Positions 28,447 through 32,000 of a stretch of 32,000 bases of DNA are shown in pieces (position 1 is the first letter of the stretch; every line of letters begins with the position of its first letter). The notes under the pieces were generated by a model. The model was not told where the DNA came from. It saw only the letters and a list, made by a program, of their open reading frames with translations, and made no database searches. The stretch is from Zymomonas mobilis subsp. mobilis ATCC 10988 (GTDB lineage: Bacteria; Pseudomonadota; Alphaproteobacteria; Sphingomonadales; Sphingomonadaceae): positions 870,001 to 902,000 of the forward strand of contig NC_017262.1 of the NCBI RefSeq assembly GCF_000175255.2. Direction: 5' to 3'. The translations under genes and the position numbers were made by a program.

Positions 28447-28558
28447 AACAAAATCTAGGTTTCTGACGTTAATAAAGACGGATGTGATCATTTTCTCTTT
28501 TTGAGAGATTTGGGGCTTATAAGTTACAAGATTTTTTAAGTGCATGGAGGGAGTCAAG

Positions 28559-29161
28559 ATGGATATCCGTATTTCCGGCCATCAGATTGATACGGGCGCG
28601 GCTTTAAGAGAATATGTCAATGACCATCTTAGCCAGATCGTCAGCAAATATTTCCCCAAATGCCTAAGCGCCTCTGTCACTTTCGGTAATCGTCGCCACG
28701 CTATTATTTCCTGCGATATTATTATCCATGCCATGCGGGATATTATTCTGAAAGCAGGCGGCATAGACAAAGACGCCCATGCCGCTTTCGATCAGGCCGC
28801 CGCCAAGATTGAAAAACAATTACGGCGACATCACCGACGTTTACAGACCCGCATCCAGCAAAATACGCCTTCTATTGATGAAGCCGCTATCGCCCTTACG
28901 GAGGCAACAGCCAAGGCGGATCAGGATAACGCGCATTATACGGTCTTTGACATTGAAGAGGATGAAAAAGAACAAGGCGATCATCCTCCCGTCATTGCCG
29001 AAATGCAGGTTGATATTCCAACAGCCAGCGTTTCCGATGCTGTTTTGATGCTCGATCTTCGCAACACGACGGCTTTGCTCTTCGTGAACAGCAAATCGGG
29101 TCATCATAATATGGTTTATCGTCGGGTAGATGGTACCATCGGTTGGGTTGAGCCGCGATAG
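28559..29161 (+). CDS. hpf: Ribosome hibernation-promoting factor, long form (HPF/RaiA family)
   Basis: MDIRISGHQIDTGAALREYVNDHL N-terminal domain and C-terminal SDAVLMLDLRNTTALLFVNSKSGHHNMVYRRVDGTIGWVEPR (long-HPF tail); GGAGGG RBS just upstream of the ATG at 28559. Confidence 0.92.
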   Translation: MDIRISGHQIDTGAALREYVNDHLSQIVSKYFPKCLSASVTFGNRRHAIISCDIIIHAMRDIILKAGGIDKDAHAAFDQAAAKIEKQLRRHHRRLQTRIQQNTPSIDEAAIALTEATAKADQDNAHYTVFDIEEDEKEQGDHPPVIAEMQVDIPTASVSDAVLMLDLRNTTALLFVNSKSGHHNMVYRRVDGTIGWVEPR

Positions 29162-29361
29162 TCGTTAAATATTCAGATAGACGGAGATAATAAACGGGAG
29201 AGAGGTCGCTCCCTCTTTTCAAGAGAATTATCGACCCCTCTCCCCCGTTTCCGGAAGGAATATTGCTAGAATTTTGACTTTATTTTCTGAAAGGCCGTGT
29301 CTTTCAGAAAATGTCTGATGCTGCGATCTTTGCAATCGTGGGCATATAAAGGCGAAAAAAC

Positions 29362-29823
29362 ATGAATGAACTGGCCGATATAATCGCGCCGGACAGGATT
29401 GAGGTGAATTTCAATCCTTCTAACAAAAAAACACTCTTCCAGCAGGTTGCCCAATGGGCTGGGCGAGAATTTCTAATTAACCCCAAGGTTATCGCCGAAC
29501 GGTTACATGAAAGAGAAACGCTCGGTTCGACAGGTTTTGGTCACGGTATTGCGATACCACATGGCAAGCTCGACAGCCTGAAAAAAGTCTCCGGCTTTTT
29601 TGTCCGCCTGAAAGAACCGATCGAATTTGATGCCGTGGATAAATTGCCGGTTGATCTGTTGTTTTTCCTGTTTTCTCCAACAGAAGCCGGCATCGACCAT
29701 TTACGCAGCTTGGCTTGCGTCAGTCGTCGGCTACGGGATGAAACTTTGCGGGCAAAATTGCGGGGGGCTGGCTCTCGTGATGCGCTTTATGCGTTGCTGC
29801 TCGATGACGGCGGTCATGCCTGA
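29362..29823 (+). CDS. ptsN: PTS IIA-like nitrogen regulatory protein PtsN
   Basis: ERLHERETLGSTGFGHGIAIPHGKLD with the conserved phospho-acceptor His; PVDLLFFLFSPTEAGIDHLRSLACVSRRLRD; downstream of hpf. Confidence 0.92.
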   Translation: MNELADIIAPDRIEVNFNPSNKKTLFQQVAQWAGREFLINPKVIAERLHERETLGSTGFGHGIAIPHGKLDSLKKVSGFFVRLKEPIEFDAVDKLPVDLLFFLFSPTEAGIDHLRSLACVSRRLRDETLRAKLRGAGSRDALYALLLDDGGHA

Positions 29824-30161
29824 TGACAGAACCACGTCTGGCCACGCATATCTTGGTAAAAGCCTTGTTACGGCAGATGGATACTGCCGGACAATCGATG
29901 ATGGTGCTCAAAAAGGGCGAAGCCGAAGCAGGCAGCTTGATTTTGGTCATCACGGAACAAGGTCGCCCGCTCTATTTGCTTGAACGGGCATTCCTTCCCG
30001 AAGGTCGCTATGGCTGGGGACGCGCGGCCATTGCCGAGAATGCGGATGAATCTGAATTCACCCGCTATATCGACAAGCGGAAACGCTTTGACCCCGATCT
30101 ATGGATTATCGAATTGGAAGGACGGCAAAGCGAAAGCCTTGCCCTTTCCCTTCTCGCCTAA
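29823..30161 (+). CDS. DUF1491-like conserved hypothetical protein
   Basis: RLATHILVKALLRQMDTAGQSMMVLKKGEAEAGSLILV and the FDPDLWIIELE ending resemble DUF1491; start overlaps the ptsN stop. Confidence 0.7.
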   Translation: MTEPRLATHILVKALLRQMDTAGQSMMVLKKGEAEAGSLILVITEQGRPLYLLERAFLPEGRYGWGRAAIAENADESEFTRYIDKRKRFDPDLWIIELEGRQSESLALSLLA

Positions 30162-30164
30162 AAA

Positions 30165-30767
30165 TCAGCGGCGCAGCACAGGGCCCATCATCGGCTTTTT
30201 AACAATGGGCTGCGCCGTATCCAAAATTTTCACAATAGCCGAAGATCGACCATCCTGTCCGGCATAATCCAAAGCTGAACGTCCGGCGATATGATCTTTG
30301 ATGGACGGATCAGCATGATTATCGACCAGCAATCTGACCATTTGTAAATTGCGGTTTTGCACGGCAATAATCAACGGGGTCTGACCGCTATTATCGGTAA
30401 TATTGGGATCGGCACCGCCTTCCAGTAATAATTGCGCGCCATCTGCCCAACCGATCTGGGTTGCCACCATCAAAGGCGTTTGCCCCGCCTTGTTTTTAGC
30501 ATCGACCCGCGCTCTTTTATAAAGGAAATAGGCTAACCACGCATTATCCCGCCCTCTGGTTGTCAGATGCAAAGCGGTGTCGCCCGTGTTATAATCCTTA
30601 CTGTCGATGATGCTGGGCTGACGATCGACAAGGGTCGTAATCTGAGTAGTGTCATGATCACGAACCGCTTTTAGAAAAGTATAGTTATCACTCTCCGCCT
30701 GTGCCGCTATCGGGGTCACAGCCAATCCCAAGGCCAATATAAAGCCGGAAATTTTTCTAAAAGACAT
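30165..30767 (-). CDS. Exported ankyrin-repeat protein
   Basis: Signal peptide MSFRKISGFILALGLAVTPIAAQAES followed by ankyrin repeats (NKAGQTPLMVATQIGWADGAQLLLEGGADPNITDNSGQTPLIIAVQNRNLQMVRLLVDNHADPSI). Confidence 0.92.
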   Translation of the reverse strand: MSFRKISGFILALGLAVTPIAAQAESDNYTFLKAVRDHDTTQITTLVDRQPSIIDSKDYNTGDTALHLTTRGRDNAWLAYFLYKRARVDAKNKAGQTPLMVATQIGWADGAQLLLEGGADPNITDNSGQTPLIIAVQNRNLQMVRLLVDNHADPSIKDHIAGRSALDYAGQDGRSSAIVKILDTAQPIVKKPMMGPVLRR

Positions 30768-30946
30768 TTCTTTCTCCGCTTGGCGACATGGTTTTTCCTG
30801 TCACCCTTCTTTTTATACTTATCAATGGGCAATCAGGCTATTTTCATAATATTACAGGAAATATCACTACAAAAGGCCGGTTAACAGGTTATGGAAAAAT
30901 CCTGTTTCCTTTTCCAAAAAATTTTCCAATGCATAAAGGCTTATAA

Positions 30947-31381
30947 ATGATTGATCGTTTCTGGGAAAAAATTCCGTTGGACGCCATGAAAAGGGAGGAA
31001 TGGGAAGCCCTATGCGATGGCTGCGGCAAATGCTGTCTTTTCAAACTCGAAGATGAAGATACCGGCGATGTTGTTTATACCAATGTGGCCTGCCGCCTTT
31101 TAGATCGTGCCAGCGGCCAATGCTGTAATTACAAGCATCGCAAAAAATACGTTCCCGATTGCGTTCGTCTAGAGGTCTCGTTACTCGGCAAAATCCCGTG
31201 GCTTCCCGAAAGCTGCGCCTATCGCTTGCTCTACGAAGGCCAAGCTTTACCGGAATGGCATTATCTCCTTTGTGGTGATCGCGATGCCGTGCATCGGGTA
31301 GGTGAATCCGTCCAAGGCTGGACAGTATCCGAAGATCAAGCCGGTGATCTTGAAAATCACCTTGTCGAGCCTCCGATCTAA
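30947..31381 (+). CDS. YcgN/UPF0260-type cysteine-cluster protein (YkgJ-like)
   Basis: CDGCGKCCLFKLEDEDTGDVVYTNVACRLLDRASGQCCNYKHRKKYVPDCVRL...WLPESCAYRLLYEG, characteristic Cys pattern. Confidence 0.85.
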   Translation: MIDRFWEKIPLDAMKREEWEALCDGCGKCCLFKLEDEDTGDVVYTNVACRLLDRASGQCCNYKHRKKYVPDCVRLEVSLLGKIPWLPESCAYRLLYEGQALPEWHYLLCGDRDAVHRVGESVQGWTVSEDQAGDLENHLVEPPI

Positions 31382-31429
31382 AAATGGGTCAATCAAAGCA
31401 TAAAAATCGCTATTTTTAGATGAATTTCT

Positions 31430-31453
31430 GGGGCATTTCGCCCCTTTTTGTTA
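31430..31453 (+). terminator. Rho-independent terminator downstream of the YcgN-like gene
   Basis: GGGGC-atttc-GCCCC followed by tttttgtt. Confidence 0.65.
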
Positions 31454-31728
31454 TTCAAAAATAAACGATGATAGTTGTCTATTTCGGGAAAATATTCGAT
31501 ATTCCTATTCAATTTTAAAATAATAATTTATATAAAACATCACTCTTAAAATTAAATTTTTATATTTTACTCTTCCTAATAATGTTGATACTTTCTCTTA
31601 CAAGTCTTTTTAAATAAATTTCTCTCTCACAGTTAATGTTACACTATATTTCTAATACTATAATGTAACAAAAAAGAAGAAATATAAATTTTTTACTGAA
31701 GTAAAAATAAAACAATACGGAATTTGAT

Positions 31729-32000
31729 ATGGCTTTATGCCACGAAAAAGACAGACTTTTATTATCAGCTACGATGCCACATCTGCTACCGTCTCTGATT
31801 GGTCTTTATCTTTCGGTTTGTCCCTCCGGCCTCTGGGCGGAATCGATCGCTCTTCCGCCACAGGATGCCCAAAAACCATCGCCGTCTTTTTCCGAGCAAT
31901 CCCCAAACACAGATTTACCTAAAGCAGAGAAGATAGCCGAGACATCCAAGGCAACGGACAAGCCTCTTTCGTCCGACAGCCTTCCAAAGGCCAAAATGCC
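31729..32000 (+). CDS. N-terminus of a probable exported protein, truncated by the window end
   Basis: Hand translation from ATG 31729, open to the edge: MALCHEKDRLLLSATMPHLLPSLIGLYLSVCPSGLWAESIALPPQDAQKPSPSFSEQSPNTDLPKAEKIAETSKATDKPLSSDSLPKAKM...; hydrophobic signal-like segment, then a Pro/Ser-rich linker. Confidence 0.5.
   Translation, partial: MALCHEKDRLLLSATMPHLLPSLIGLYLSVCPSGLWAESIALPPQDAQKPSPSFSEQSPNTDLPKAEKIAETSKATDKPLSSDSLPKAKM

Noticed and set aside
1-32000. Search by eye for CRISPR arrays, toxin-antitoxin, phage, IS elements, retrons, tRNAs, or a novel defence or biosynthetic system
   Set aside because: None supported: nearly all space is occupied by recognisable core genes, and the only regular DNA repeats seen are Sel1 coding repeats.

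Overview
This window looks like an ordinary alphaproteobacterial (sphingomonad/Zymomonas-like; organism is an inference) core-genome segment with good coding density. From left to right: a chemotaxis cluster (3' part of cheA, then cheR, cheB, cheD, cheY, cheW) closed by a strong terminator; miaB-phoH-ybeY-corC; a sugar/sorbosone-dehydrogenase-like beta-propeller protein; a minus-strand glutaredoxin 2-like gene; an uncharacterised protein; an exported Sel1-repeat protein; an OprB-type carbohydrate porin; an aldo/keto reductase; a histidine acid phosphatase; a glycerate kinase; a PH/SHOCT-domain protein; glmS; a TauE/SafE permease; a second exported Sel1-repeat protein; maf-aroE-coaE-dnaQ; hpf-ptsN-DUF1491; an exported ankyrin protein; a YcgN/YkgJ-like CxxC protein; and the start of an exported protein cut by the window edge. 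I see no CRISPR array, phage, transposon, tRNA/rRNA or defence island, and nothing that amounts to a new biological system. The best non-obvious observations are: (1) a 50-codon MarR-family C-terminal remnant (about 23590-23745, minus strand) absent from the supplied ORF track; (2) mutually exclusive hairpins between hpf and ptsN; (3) a terminator-like hairpin about 180 nt upstream of the porin start with no upstream plus-strand gene; (4) two long stem-loops without U-tracts; (5) a very AT-rich gap upstream of maf. All calls come from reading the sequence and from family recollection. No database search or folding was run.
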